In this document: in pieces, positions 8,675-19,675 of the stretch | How the letters are laid out: each line of letters begins with the position of its first letter | Numbering within the stretch: the stretch's first letter is position 1 | Virus record (IMG/VR): IMGVR_UViG_3300045538_000426 | Location: 58,970-122,969 of that record | Strand: one strand, 5' to 3' | Length of the DNA: 64,000 nucleotides | DNA from: a virus | Notes under the pieces: model-generated | The model's database searches: none | Told to the model about the DNA's origin: nothing | What the model saw: the letters and a program-made list of their open reading frames with translations, nothing else | Translations under genes and position numbers: made by a program

Positions 8675-10314
8675 TGATTTCTCTGGACGTAAAGTGGTCA
8701 GAGCCTTACCAGTTCAACACCGAACATGGCAAGTGGTGGAAACGTGATTGGATGATACCCTCGGATCATAGGTCTGAGTTCTTTGTGTATTGGAGGAGTA
8801 ACTCTTTTAAGTTGAAAGAACGGGGGTTCGGTGTTTTTAAGAAGGACGAGGAGTGGTATCTAAGTGAATCTAAGCCAGAAAAACACTTTTTCAAGGAATT
8901 CTCACATTTAACGCCGGTGGAGAAACCACGGGCTGATTTTTTTCTCATTCCATATAAAGTCAAGGATGAGTCATGTCTTCGTCCGTGGCAGGTAGGAGCG
9001 GTTGGCAAGATTTGTGCGGCGCTGGAAAAGTGGGGATGTGCGATAGACGGTTCGGACGTCGGAATAGGTAAAACTTATACGGCATGTGGTGTGGCAAGAG
9101 AACTTGAGATGGATATTTTAGTGGTATGCCCGAAAGCCGTCAAAGAGTCTTGGAGGAGGGTCATCAAGGACCATTTTAAAATGGCCGGACGGATGGTAGG
9201 TATCATCAACTACGAATTGCTGACACGAGGGAGGTCGGATTCTGAGATAGCGTCCTATGTTAGAAATAAAAAGACCCACGTTAATGAATTTATTTGGAAG
9301 ATTCCCAAAAACACATTGATAGTGTGGGATGAGAGTCAGAAGTTGAAGGGAAGCGCAACCAAAAACAGCAAAGTGTGTCTGTTAGCGTTGAAACAGGGTT
9401 ACAAAATGCTGTTTTGCAGTGCTACAAACGCCACGAACCCACTTGAATTGAGAACCGTCGGCATGTCTCTCAAACTCTTCGAGAATAACAAACAATATTA
9501 TCAGTGGTTGTATCTCCACGGAGTAAATAAGGGGAGATTTGGACTTGAATTCAACAATAATAAAGACGTATTGACGAAGTTGAACCGAGATATATTTGTA
9601 GACCGGGGAATCAGACTTACACGAGATACAATTCCAAACTTCCCAGAGAGTCAGATAACGGCTCAGTGTTATGACATGGAAGAAGAGAGTCAGAAAAAGA
9701 TAAATTCTTTATATGACGAGATGAAATCCGAATTAAAGCGGTTGACCAGCAAGGTGAAGAAAGAAGGGAAGGATAATACATCCCAACTCACCGCGATTTT
9801 ACGGGCGAGACAGAAGATAGAGTTGGTAAAGGTCCCATTGTTCATCGAAATGATAGAAGATGGTATTGAAAATGGTATGAGCGTGGTTGTTTTCGTGAAT
9901 TTTACCGATACAATTGAGGCTCTATCGAAGAGACTCAACACGAGATGTATCGTCAATGGTCAGGTGAAAGACAAGGAGAGGCAAGATAACATCGATAATT
10001 TCCAAGCCGATAAAGAACGAGTTATATTGGTAAATATCGCGGCAGGTGGCGCGGGATTAAGTTTACATGACCTGAATGGAAAATATCCTAGACTATCGAT
10101 CATTTCTCCGTCATACTCGGCCGTACAAATGAGACAGGCTACAGGACGAGTTTGGAGAGACAGTGCTAAAAGCAAGAGCATTCAGAATATTGTTTTCGTG
10201 GCGAATACGGTAGAGGTGCAGGTGTGTGAGGCTGTCAATAAGAAATTGGATAACTTGGATTTGCTCAACGATGGGGATATGGATAACTATGAAACCACAG
10301 GAAATAACAGTTAA
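8674..10314 (+). CDS. superfamily 2 helicase
   Basis: GSDVGIGKT, VWDESQ, SAT, GGAGLSL, QATGRVWR. Confidence 0.92.
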   Translation: MISLDVKWSEPYQFNTEHGKWWKRDWMIPSDHRSEFFVYWRSNSFKLKERGFGVFKKDEEWYLSESKPEKHFFKEFSHLTPVEKPRADFFLIPYKVKDESCLRPWQVGAVGKICAALEKWGCAIDGSDVGIGKTYTACGVARELEMDILVVCPKAVKESWRRVIKDHFKMAGRMVGIINYELLTRGRSDSEIASYVRNKKTHVNEFIWKIPKNTLIVWDESQKLKGSATKNSKVCLLALKQGYKMLFCSATNATNPLELRTVGMSLKLFENNKQYYQWLYLHGVNKGRFGLEFNNNKDVLTKLNRDIFVDRGIRLTRDTIPNFPESQITAQCYDMEEESQKKINSLYDEMKSELKRLTSKVKKEGKDNTSQLTAILRARQKIELVKVPLFIEMIEDGIENGMSVVVFVNFTDTIEALSKRLNTRCIVNGQVKDKERQDNIDNFQADKERVILVNIAAGGAGLSLHDLNGKYPRLSIISPSYSAVQMRQATGRVWRDSAKSKSIQNIVFVANTVEVQVCEAVNKKLDNLDLLNDGDMDNYETTGNNS

Positions 10315-10594
10315 AAGCGCTGGTTGGTCACGAGTCATCATCATTGACAAGTCTCTCTTCGATGATGTTTACGTCGAGGCTTGTACTCAAGTAATTGAAT
10401 TGAATTTCAAGGAAAAGAATATGTTAGTGGCACCTTTCATAGAAGCATCTTTAAAGAATGGAAAACGATTTTTCATCTTCAATTCCTATAAGATATTATC
10501 AAACGCGGGGTATCATACTTTCGCTGAAAATCTCAGACGAAATGTAAAACAGAATATGTGCGTAGACTTGAAAAACGAACCTATTAGGGGATAA
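10289..10594 (+). CDS. hypothetical protein
   Basis: ATG MKPQEIT within track ORF 10226..10594. Confidence 0.65.
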   Translation: MKPQEITVKSAGWSRVIIIDKSLFDDVYVEACTQVIELNFKEKNMLVAPFIEASLKNGKRFFIFNSYKILSNAGYHTFAENLRRNVKQNMCVDLKNEPIRG

Positions 10595-11304
10595 TGGAAC
10601 AAGAAAACACAGACAGTCTTCTACGGTCGCTCATGGAACAAGTTTCCAAGCTTTCAACGGAGGTGGCCGATCTCAAACGAGATATACCCACCAATGAGGA
10701 CGTCATCAAAGAGATATCAATAACGAAGAATGCCAATTTTAAGATACTTCCGTTTAGAACAAAGAGAAAACGAGGATTGGGCGCATCGCCGTTGTTGGAA
10801 TCGGAGATAAGAGAAGCGCAATCGAAGTCAAAGAGCGCCGCACAGGCAGCGAAACATCTTAACGTATCGTTTGTCACGTATAAGAAGTATGCAACTCTCT
10901 ACGGAATACACTCTACGTTTTCAAACCGATGTGGGAAGGGAGTTCCGAAGCCCAAGAATCCTAACTACGGAAAATATCCGTTGAATGATATACTAGAAGG
11001 AAAATTTCCAGAATATCCACTTTGGAAATTGAAAGACAGGTTGATTAGGGCCGGGCTCAAACAGCCCCTCTGTGAGTTGTGTGGATATTCTGAACGCAGA
11101 ATTACCGACGGTAAGATACCGTTGCTTCTGGTTTTTGAGGATGATAATCCGAAAAATCACAAACTTCTAAATATTAAAGTTTATTGTTATAATTGTTCCT
11201 TCACCGCTGGTAAAATATGGGTCAAGATAAAAGACAGAACCCGTTGGATAAACGACCCGGATAGACTACAGGGTTCAAAATACGACACGGAACAAAGATT
11301 TTAA
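10594..11304 (+). CDS. HTH + zinc-binding HNH-like protein, catalytic His apparently absent
   Basis: AAQAAKHLNVSFVTYKKY; CELC...LLVFEDDNPKNHKLLNIKVYCYNC. Confidence 0.65.
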   Translation: MEQENTDSLLRSLMEQVSKLSTEVADLKRDIPTNEDVIKEISITKNANFKILPFRTKRKRGLGASPLLESEIREAQSKSKSAAQAAKHLNVSFVTYKKYATLYGIHSTFSNRCGKGVPKPKNPNYGKYPLNDILEGKFPEYPLWKLKDRLIRAGLKQPLCELCGYSERRITDGKIPLLLVFEDDNPKNHKLLNIKVYCYNCSFTAGKIWVKIKDRTRWINDPDRLQGSKYDTEQRF

Positions 11305-11338
11305 GTGTTATTGAAACCGACTTCTATTTATCCTATAG

Positions 11339-11860
11339 ATGGATAACGGAGTAAATCACATTTTAAATGTTACCGGCGTTTTAAAAAACTTCGGTATCGC
11401 CAAGAAGATATCTGCCTCCGAATTGCGGAAAATAAAGAAACGTGCAAAAGACGCATGTTCTTCGTCGGACGATTATACTGAATTGCTTAAGTCGGAGATA
11501 TTGAAATACACGGATGATTATGTAAAGCGGAATAAGATTCCGGGGTTAATCACGTCGAAGGGAAATGGACTTAAAAACTTCAACATCAAGGATAAAGCAT
11601 ACGCAAAGATTTATAATGAGGCTGCCCAGATGGCTAAGGGGTTGTTGGCCGGCAGAACTCTCTCGAAGAAAGAGTTGACTTTTTTTATAATGTCTCTTGT
11701 AGGGGCGTTAAATCTCACTCAAGAAGATTTTGATGCTTTTAATAAAGAAATAAGAGAGAGTGCTGATTTCGAAGAATCCGATGAATCCGATGAATGGGGT
11801 GGATTTGGAGAGTATGGGTCGGACGACGATGATGACGATGGGCCAGAACAAAATGCGTGA
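11339..11860 (+). CDS. hypothetical protein with acidic tail
   Basis: 173 aa; TATTTATC motif at 11325. Confidence 0.75.
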   Translation: MDNGVNHILNVTGVLKNFGIAKKISASELRKIKKRAKDACSSSDDYTELLKSEILKYTDDYVKRNKIPGLITSKGNGLKNFNIKDKAYAKIYNEAAQMAKGLLAGRTLSKKELTFFIMSLVGALNLTQEDFDAFNKEIRESADFEESDESDEWGGFGEYGSDDDDDDGPEQNA

Positions 11861-11941
11861 TTGGAGTAAGTGTCCAATGTGGTGAACAATGATTTAATTA
11901 TTGTTGGTTAAAGTGCATCTTCCGTATATTTATAGTGGAAT

Positions 11942-13780
11942 ATGGCACTCAAAGTCAAGATCAGTGAATTTGTCTCCGCATCCTTTGTCTCGGGAAGCGA
12001 CTTGATTCCAATTGTCCGATACGAATCCGGCAGTTACAGTAACAAGAAGACTGATTTATCTGCTGTGAAGGATTGGTTAGTCACATCCGTGCCAATCGGA
12101 ATACCCGCAGATGGTGTTTATACTGATGGGTTTTTTGATACGTTCACGAATACCACTCGGATTTCCGATGCCATCGATGATATAAGCGAAGCCTTTCTCG
12201 ATTTGGCACCAGTAAAAGCCGGATTGCTCACGGGAACAAACCTATCCATCTCGGGTGTAACGGAATATTCTGCTTATCTTGCATCGGGACTAAATTCCCA
12301 TTGGTATAGCGGGTCTATATCCGCTGGAAGTCAAGTTTCTAAGTTTGTTAATGGTACCGCTTTGACGTTGTCGACCACGGGCTCTGGGCAATCTTCGCCG
12401 ATGAATTTCCGTTCGGGAAAATACAGCGACTTCTCCTCTTTAACGGGGGGAGTCACCGCCAGTTTCTCCACTGGAAGTAACGCGGTAGTTCAAGCATCGA
12501 GTGCATCTATATTAAACTCCACGGCATCGGTTGTATCAAGTAGTTTGGCGATTGGAACTGGAATACTACCATCCACCTATATAAATGGAACTTCCCGATA
12601 TAATACATTCTGGACGCAAACATCAGCGTCCGTAAAACACACACTTTCTGTCACTGGTTCTTCTACCTACCGAGTCACCGCCGATAATGGTGCCGGAACC
12701 ACTAACGGATATACGATTTGGTTTGCTACAAATACGGGCAATGATTATCCCAATCAAACTGTTTCAGCGACCGCTAGTGTGTCAACTGTTAATTTGAAAT
12801 ACATTAGCGGCATGGCATATCTATCCGGGTCCTCGACGGTACAAGTTAGGCTGAATGCTAATAATTTACATAATCCGGTATACAATTCAACTCCCATATC
12901 GTTTGCATTCTCAAACCCAACGATAGGATCGATATCGGCCACAGGAAGCACGTCTACACCGGCGCATGGTGACCAGTTGGCTATAACAACCTCGTTGAAT
13001 GTCACCACCGCGAATCAAGTTTCTTCTACACCTTGGACGACGAATCCAACCTTTGTAGTCACCGCCACGAAACCGGGAAAATCAAATGTGACATCTGGAA
13101 CAGTGACGGTTTATTCCCGTCCGGTTAACACTTATTCAAATCCGTCGTCGGGAACCACAAACGCGGCCAACACCATAACAGAACTGTTCTTGGATGAATA
13201 TTATAGAATAGGAAATTTGAAAAGCGGTTCGACGTCAACATATACGACGAATTTCCCATCTTCATCGAACCTACAGACATCAGTTTCCAGCGCAGATAAT
13301 GCTCATTTACAGGTTCAGAACGGTAGATTGATAGCTGCTGGAAGCGGAGATTACAGTGGATTTACACCGGGTGCTTCCGCTGGTGGATATGCTAATTATT
13401 TCCGTAGATTAGACATTCTCTCCGATAACGTTGAGAGTGGACAGTTGACTATGTCATTCTCCGGATTCTCAACGGTTGAGGCGTGGGGTTCGTCTACCGG
13501 AGTCGGTCCAGAAGTAGCGATTGTATTGTCATCCAGCATAGCCTCCAATCTAACCGCGAGTAGTATATTCGATTTGGGATTGGGCACTGGTCTATATTCG
13601 GGAACAAACGTAACCGGTTCTCAGAACGCGGCTAATTCATCATTGGGTTCCGGTCGAGTTTATTGGGCTCTGCCATTGGGAACAAACACCGGCCCAGCAA
13701 CAACAAATCATCTCGTTTTATGGATACGTTACAAGAACGCATCCACTAATTATATAGACGACCTGACTTTCAAAGTTTAA
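11942..13780 (+). CDS. virion structural protein (S/T/G-rich)
   Basis: 612 aa, beta-rich low complexity, TATTTATA at 11927. Confidence 0.7.
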   Translation: MALKVKISEFVSASFVSGSDLIPIVRYESGSYSNKKTDLSAVKDWLVTSVPIGIPADGVYTDGFFDTFTNTTRISDAIDDISEAFLDLAPVKAGLLTGTNLSISGVTEYSAYLASGLNSHWYSGSISAGSQVSKFVNGTALTLSTTGSGQSSPMNFRSGKYSDFSSLTGGVTASFSTGSNAVVQASSASILNSTASVVSSSLAIGTGILPSTYINGTSRYNTFWTQTSASVKHTLSVTGSSTYRVTADNGAGTTNGYTIWFATNTGNDYPNQTVSATASVSTVNLKYISGMAYLSGSSTVQVRLNANNLHNPVYNSTPISFAFSNPTIGSISATGSTSTPAHGDQLAITTSLNVTTANQVSSTPWTTNPTFVVTATKPGKSNVTSGTVTVYSRPVNTYSNPSSGTTNAANTITELFLDEYYRIGNLKSGSTSTYTTNFPSSSNLQTSVSSADNAHLQVQNGRLIAAGSGDYSGFTPGASAGGYANYFRRLDILSDNVESGQLTMSFSGFSTVEAWGSSTGVGPEVAIVLSSSIASNLTASSIFDLGLGTGLYSGTNVTGSQNAANSSLGSGRVYWALPLGTNTGPATTNHLVLWIRYKNASTNYIDDLTFKV

Positions 13781-13789
13781 TTCGTAAGT

Positions 13790-16700
13790 ATGTCACTTAA
13801 CAAAACAGACCTGGCCTTTAAGAAGCTGATAAACCGTCAGTTTACTACACCAAATCGTGCGTTCTATCAAGAGGTCGGTGCTAATACTCTTGAGATAGAT
13901 TCTGGGATGGTTTATACAAGCCCGATACCCACCTCAAGGGCCGAGGCTATATCCGCGAGTGTGGTGAGAGTAGTAAAATGTGCATTAACTAAAGATTACA
14001 GTGGAACCGTATCCACTTCATCTTACTATATGATTTCCGGCAGCGGATACTCTGTAGACGCAAGCAACTATAACGCTAATTTCACATCATTGGGCGCTAA
14101 CTTCTTCGTGATAAGTAGTTCATACGTTCAGAGGAATTTTTTAAGTGAAAAATACGGAAGTCAATATGCCGTGGAAGTGAGAGATAGTTCCGGTACACAA
14201 CTGTCATCGGATTCTTCTATAAATTGGTATTTCGACTACAAAAGTGGTGTGTTACACGTAGCTGACCCGTCACCGTCGACTTTGCCGTATTCTATAACAG
14301 CGTCTCAATACATTGGTTCGTTTTTGAGTGACTCGTCGCTGAACGGTAACGTAGGTACTCCCGAAATGTACGGAGCGGTTGGAGACGGAACCACTGATGA
14401 TTTCTTGGCATTTAAGCATGCTTTGGTGAGTCATAGTATAGTAGAATTGGGTGCTAAGACTTACGCCGTCCGTGGTTACATCGGTATGCCTTCTAACAGA
14501 TCCCTCGTTGGAAAAGGAAAGGATAGATCTGTAATTAAATTGATGGATAATTCACCGTATGGATATGGTTCACAGATATATGTGATTCAAAACACGGTGA
14601 TGCAAGATGATGTTTATTGGACCGGTTCTTCGGTAGGAACATCCACCGGAACAGGATCAATCGTGGTCGACTACAGAGACACGTCTGTAAGAGATCAATC
14701 ACCGTCAAGTCCATATTACCAACAGTCACAGGCACAAGCTTTTGCTGGTATGGGTTACTGGCAACATGACACGAGTGTAGCGAAAATCGGCGCACGTAGA
14801 AACGTTTTGATCGAAGGATTGACGGTCGATTGTAATTTTGATTATCAGGCTAGACACGGAAGCATAAATCATTCCGACAACCCATATTCGGCGTCCAGAG
14901 TCGCGGGTGGATATTATTACATACCGGATTACAGAGAAAGAGTCCGCCCTACCATCCACGCTATAGTGTTGAATGGAGAGAATATCGTAGTCAAGGATGT
15001 CAAAATTGTAAATTATGGATACGGCGTGGCTTATGCTACATCGGGCCCACTGAACTACGCGGACTCAGCCACGTTGCCGGTTTATAACGAAAACTTTCCG
15101 CTTTTGATAAATGGTGACATCAGTGTAGATTACACGTCTTCAACTCACCACCGTCCATCGGATCAAGCAGGCCTTTCGCTTTTCCGTGGAAACTACGCTA
15201 TTGATTGCGAAGTTTTGGATATTGCTAATGTAAATTTGATGAATCCGTTCTCGAATACAACGGCCATCTATGTAACAAATCAATCGTTGAACACCAGCAA
15301 TGGACAAAGCAGTTTTTCTTCCGAGGGTGGAATTTTCAATTGCGTGGTCGATCCTGGTCGCAGAATAAAGACTCCGACTGCGAGTTTGTGGAGTGGTTCT
15401 TATTTGGATAGTTATAGTTACGTAAGTTCAAGTTTAAAACAATCCGCAGCAACTTTAGCCGAGTGGTTGTATACATCACAGGGATCTTTGACTGGATCGA
15501 ATGGAGATATAGCTATATCAGAGGGTTCTCCTGCGGGAGCTTACACCTCACATATGAGGAAGGTGAGTGGAAGTTGGAAACCTATTGGATCTGGTTACGC
15601 TGTTCAGGAACATTATGTCCATGCATTCTCCGGATACAGAGTGTTTAATAGCTTAGCGAGAAATGCGGAGACAGGATTTTATCTGGATAGTTGGAGAAAC
15701 AACGCGTTCGTTGAAAACAATCAGTTCGTCGACGTTTCGAGTGGATTTAGAACCGTGGTATCTGACATCATATTGACATCCAGTTATAAAAACGTAGTCA
15801 TTAAAGATAATTATGTTAAATTGACTGATCAGAGCAGAGCTTATGTCTATGGTCACGGTGCAATATTCTATGGAGCCGGCATGGCAACAGCAGATGGTTC
15901 TTCGTTAAGACACATAGATAATTTGACGATTGAAAACAATTTATTCGAATTGCCGATATCCGGAAGCACAGACGTATATGGTTCAGGTAATGTGGTGTTT
16001 AGGACGTATCCGAGATACGCTGGAATTTGGTTTGGTTCGGAAACCTCACTTTCCGGTTCATCACAACGGAAACATCGTTCGGTTTCTGTAAAAAACAACC
16101 ATTTCTCAAACTGGAATCCGGTCAGGTCTCGACTCGAATCTACTGAAGCGTTTGGGTATAATTTACCAATTTGGTTCGCATACAGCACGTCTTCATTAGA
16201 AGCTGATATAGATGACCCGGCAGCAGGACCGTTTCCATTGTCGATAAACAAGTTCAAGACGAATTTTTTACCTAACTATAACATTTCGGAAAACACCTAT
16301 AGTGATGCAATTTATCCAGCTACATCGTCTCTGGTCCCAATCATCGTTTCGCTGCAAGGCAACGGTAATACATTTTATTATCCAATTGATCAAGTAAGCA
16401 AGCTTGCCACTTTTACCGCGACGAGTGGAAGTATAGGAATATTATTTGCAACCGGAAGTTTATATGGAACAGCGAGTTATTCTCTGAATGGAAGCGGCGG
16501 TTCCTCAACCGGATTCCAACCTTGGTCGTCCGGTTCAATGACAATTGAAATGGACGGTTCGGGGAACCTCCAAGATGAAGATGGAAACCCAATTGAATCG
16601 GAAGAATCCTCCTCTTTCATAACCTATGCCGGATCTGTATCTATCGGAACGACCGCTTCGGCAGCTGGATATTCATTGTATGTAAGTCGTTCAATTAAAA

Positions 16701-17785
16701 TAGACGGTGAGTTAAGTCAAGGAACGGCCTCGATTGCATTTGGAAACTGGTCCCACGCAGAAGGAGATCTTACTTATGCTGGAGGAATAGCAGCTCACGC
16801 TGAAGGATATAACACTAATTCTAGTGGAAGTTATTCTCACTCTGAAGGTGGACTCACTCATGCTAGCGGATTATATGCCCATTCTGAGGGTTCATATACG
16901 TCGGCAAGCAACTACGCAGCTCACGCTGAAGGATATAACACTATTGCAAGTGGTCAACAGAGTCATGCTGAAGGATCTTCCACATTGGCGTCTGGTAATG
17001 GTTCTCATTCTGAGGGACAGCACACCACGGCAAGCGCACATTACCAACACGTATCTGGAAAATACAATGTAGCCAGTTCCAACAATGACGACCTCTTCAT
17101 CATCGGATCAGGAACAGAAAATTCACGACGGTCTAATATAATGGTTGTAAATAGAAAAACTGTATATCTTAATAACGGCGGCTATGTATCAGGTAGTGGA
17201 TTCAATATTGTTTCCGGAAGTTCTTTGTGTGTTAACACAACAGAGTCTTTCTTTGACAGAACATATTGGAGCGCTTCACTGTCTGTTGGCGGAGGGGTAA
17301 TTGTAAAGAATGGTATATTATTGGTGACTGGTTCCGAATCTAACGGCGGTGGAAACAACGCCGGAAGTATTTTTGTTAAAGGTTGTGAAGATGCTCCGTT
17401 TTTGACATTGGGTTCAAAGAACGACGGAGCATCCTCTGTTCAGAAATATGGACTTATTCAATCGTCCGGAAAAAGACTGTGGTTAGCCGCTGGAACATCA
17501 GCTGGCATCTTATGTATAGGACCTGATGACGAAAACAATGCCACATCAATTGGAACCACGCCAGACAGTGATTATACACTTAATATAGGTCCTGGAGCAG
17601 GAACATATGCTTTGAGAGTGCAGGGTGGTATATCCTCAAGTTTCTTCAAGACTCCGGCGAGCAGTTCTGTGGTTGTGAATGTCACCGGTTCTATGTTCTA
17701 TAGCGGAAGTAATTTGTTCATATTTACTGGAAACGGATCTGCTGGAGGATTGGTTGGATGGAAAACCGCTTCACTAGGCGGATAA
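13790..17785 (+). CDS. tail fibre/spike with pectate-lyase-3-like beta-helix and YadA-head-like repeats
   Basis: PEMYGAVGDGTTDD motif; about 8 SHAEG repeats near C-terminus. Confidence 0.8.
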   Translation: MSLNKTDLAFKKLINRQFTTPNRAFYQEVGANTLEIDSGMVYTSPIPTSRAEAISASVVRVVKCALTKDYSGTVSTSSYYMISGSGYSVDASNYNANFTSLGANFFVISSSYVQRNFLSEKYGSQYAVEVRDSSGTQLSSDSSINWYFDYKSGVLHVADPSPSTLPYSITASQYIGSFLSDSSLNGNVGTPEMYGAVGDGTTDDFLAFKHALVSHSIVELGAKTYAVRGYIGMPSNRSLVGKGKDRSVIKLMDNSPYGYGSQIYVIQNTVMQDDVYWTGSSVGTSTGTGSIVVDYRDTSVRDQSPSSPYYQQSQAQAFAGMGYWQHDTSVAKIGARRNVLIEGLTVDCNFDYQARHGSINHSDNPYSASRVAGGYYYIPDYRERVRPTIHAIVLNGENIVVKDVKIVNYGYGVAYATSGPLNYADSATLPVYNENFPLLINGDISVDYTSSTHHRPSDQAGLSLFRGNYAIDCEVLDIANVNLMNPFSNTTAIYVTNQSLNTSNGQSSFSSEGGIFNCVVDPGRRIKTPTASLWSGSYLDSYSYVSSSLKQSAATLAEWLYTSQGSLTGSNGDIAISEGSPAGAYTSHMRKVSGSWKPIGSGYAVQEHYVHAFSGYRVFNSLARNAETGFYLDSWRNNAFVENNQFVDVSSGFRTVVSDIILTSSYKNVVIKDNYVKLTDQSRAYVYGHGAIFYGAGMATADGSSLRHIDNLTIENNLFELPISGSTDVYGSGNVVFRTYPRYAGIWFGSETSLSGSSQRKHRSVSVKNNHFSNWNPVRSRLESTEAFGYNLPIWFAYSTSSLEADIDDPAAGPFPLSINKFKTNFLPNYNISENTYSDAIYPATSSLVPIIVSLQGNGNTFYYPIDQVSKLATFTATSGSIGILFATGSLYGTASYSLNGSGGSSTGFQPWSSGSMTIEMDGSGNLQDEDGNPIESEESSSFITYAGSVSIGTTASAAGYSLYVSRSIKIDGELSQGTASIAFGNWSHAEGDLTYAGGIAAHAEGYNTNSSGSYSHSEGGLTHASGLYAHSEGSYTSASNYAAHAEGYNTIASGQQSHAEGSSTLASGNGSHSEGQHTTASAHYQHVSGKYNVASSNNDDLFIIGSGTENSRRSNIMVVNRKTVYLNNGGYVSGSGFNIVSGSSLCVNTTESFFDRTYWSASLSVGGGVIVKNGILLVTGSESNGGGNNAGSIFVKGCEDAPFLTLGSKNDGASSVQKYGLIQSSGKRLWLAAGTSAGILCIGPDDENNATSIGTTPDSDYTLNIGPGAGTYALRVQGGISSSFFKTPASSSVVVNVTGSMFYSGSNLFIFTGNGSAGGLVGWKTASLGG

Positions 17786-17832
17786 AACAGTCGAAATCAA
17801 AAAACAATCAATATTTATAGGAAAGATAATTT

Positions 17833-19467
17833 ATGGCAAAAATCAGTGAACTAACGACACTTACCGCACCGATAACATCCTCTGATCTCGGAGTGATGAT
17901 ACGTCCCGCATCTGGTGGAGGATATAATTCCTTCAAAAGCAAGATGAATAATTTCGGAGATTTGACCGCATCTGTTTTAAATAATGGACAGGCAAATGTT
18001 GCTAGCGGTATAATTTCTCATGCCGAGGGCGGGGGCACTCTAGCGGATGGGCTTGGTTCTCACACCGAGGGATATTACACCACCGCAAGTATAAGTTATT
18101 CGCACGCAGAGGGGGCTCATTGTATCGCTCCTGGAAATTATACCCACGCGGAAGGTTCGGGGTCATGGGCAGGCATTTTGTTTGGGAATCCATCCTCCTT
18201 AGCTCCCGGCAGTCATGCTGAAGGTCTTTTCACACGAACTGCTGCTCCTGGAGCACACTCGGAGGGAAGCGGAAGTTTGGCCAGAGGAACAGTTTCTCAC
18301 GCAGAGGGAAATAATACTTGGACAATAGGTGAATCGTCCCACGCAGAGGGGCTAAAAACCACTGCTAGCGGAGAGTTTTCCCATGCGGAGGGAAATGGTT
18401 CATACACATTCGGGACAGCTTCTCACGCGGAAGGTCAATACACTTATGCTTCCGGAAATTATTCCCATGCTGAGGGATATTATACGACTGCGAGTGGAAA
18501 TTATTCCCATGCTGAGGGAGAGGGAACCGTTGCTTCAAGCACCATTGCGCATGCTGAAGGATATTATTCTATAGCATCTAACAACGTAGCACATGCTGAG
18601 GGAAATAGGACCACTGCGTCGGGAGTAGGTGCACACACGGAAGGCGACTCTACTACAGCGACCGGAAATTATGCCCACGCGGAGGGATATGGGTCGACTG
18701 CCACGGGAATCTTGGCTCATGCTGAAGGTGCGTTGACTTTAGCTTCCGGCGTGGCGTCTCATGCTGAAGGTCGTTATACGACTGCTTCATCTGACTACGC
18801 CCACTCCGAAGGAATTGCAAGCATAGCATCGACATATGCCGCCCACGCAGAGGGAAGTGGGTCGACGGCAGTTGGTACAGGATCTCATTCTGAAGGAAAT
18901 AAGACGTTGTCATTCGGTGATTTTTCTCATGCTGAGGGATATTATACGACTGCGAGTGGAAATTATTCCCACGCTGAAGGCACATACTCTACAGCCAGTG
19001 GATTATATTCTCACGCAGAGGGATTTTATGGGGCTGCACCGGGTCTCGCCGCTCACGCTGAAGGCGGTGAGTGTGTTGCCCTTGCTGGGTATGGACATGC
19101 TGAGGGATACAGAACATTAGCATCAGGCGTCGCGTCACATGCTCAAGGAGCACACGTAACAGCGTCAGGGGATTATCAACAGGCAATGGGACGTTATAAC
19201 GCCGCAATCTCAGATCAGTATCATTTAGTCTTGGTAGGAAATGGTTCATCTCCTTTTGCTAAATCTAATATACTGGTGCTCACCACTTCCAGTCTTTTCT
19301 TGAATGGATATGTGACCTCAAGTGGTTTAGTTGCTCCACAGACAAGCTCTTTACAGCCTGTGACCGGCTCGATGTTCTATAGCAGTGCTTTATCTAAACT
19401 ATTCGTTTTCACTGGAGTAACTGGAACCGACGGGCTTGTCGGATGGAAAGGAACTACCCTAAGTTAA
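17833..19467 (+). CDS. fibre protein built of 14-aa YadA/trimeric-autotransporter head-like repeats
   Basis: About 27 copies of xxASGxxSHAEGxx. Confidence 0.8.
   Translation: MAKISELTTLTAPITSSDLGVMIRPASGGGYNSFKSKMNNFGDLTASVLNNGQANVASGIISHAEGGGTLADGLGSHTEGYYTTASISYSHAEGAHCIAPGNYTHAEGSGSWAGILFGNPSSLAPGSHAEGLFTRTAAPGAHSEGSGSLARGTVSHAEGNNTWTIGESSHAEGLKTTASGEFSHAEGNGSYTFGTASHAEGQYTYASGNYSHAEGYYTTASGNYSHAEGEGTVASSTIAHAEGYYSIASNNVAHAEGNRTTASGVGAHTEGDSTTATGNYAHAEGYGSTATGILAHAEGALTLASGVASHAEGRYTTASSDYAHSEGIASIASTYAAHAEGSGSTAVGTGSHSEGNKTLSFGDFSHAEGYYTTASGNYSHAEGTYSTASGLYSHAEGFYGAAPGLAAHAEGGECVALAGYGHAEGYRTLASGVASHAQGAHVTASGDYQQAMGRYNAAISDQYHLVLVGNGSSPFAKSNILVLTTSSLFLNGYVTSSGLVAPQTSSLQPVTGSMFYSSALSKLFVFTGVTGTDGLVGWKGTTLS
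18466..18971 (+). repeat. 44-bp exact direct repeat within fibre gene
   Basis: catgctgagggatattatacgactgcgagtggaaattattccca at 18466-18509 and 18928-18971. Confidence 0.9.
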
Positions 19468-19628
19468 AAAGAAAATTTTTTCAGAAGGTTACTGAAAAAT
19501 TTAGATAAACCACGTTTGGTGATACGAATTCGCCTGGTTTCTTGTTTATAAAACAAGATAGTGGTTTCAGTTAATTCGACGTTTTCCTTTTCTCCCGCCG
19601 AGTTTATAATAGAGATGGTTTTTTTCAT
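19464..19628 (-). CDS. small hypothetical protein (54 aa)
   Basis: Hand-translated MKKTISIINSAGEKE...KKFSF*; stop overlaps convergent stop. Confidence 0.55.
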   Translation of the reverse strand: MKKTISIINSAGEKENVELTETTILFYKQETRRIRITKRGLSKFFSNLLKKFSF

Positions 19629-19635
19629 AAAAGGG

Positions 19636-19669
19636 TTTCTCCCGAACAGAATTAACTGTTCGGGAGAAA
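19636..19669. terminator. 14-bp hairpin, terminator-like
   Basis: tttctcccgaacag-aattaa-ctgttcgggagaaa. Confidence 0.7.
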
Positions 19670-19675
19670 TTTGTT

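Noticed and set aside
8674-10314. Intein in helicase, clamp loader or thyA
   Set aside because: No C/S...HN-C/S/T splice motifs or LAGLIDADG blocks. Lengths are explained without one.
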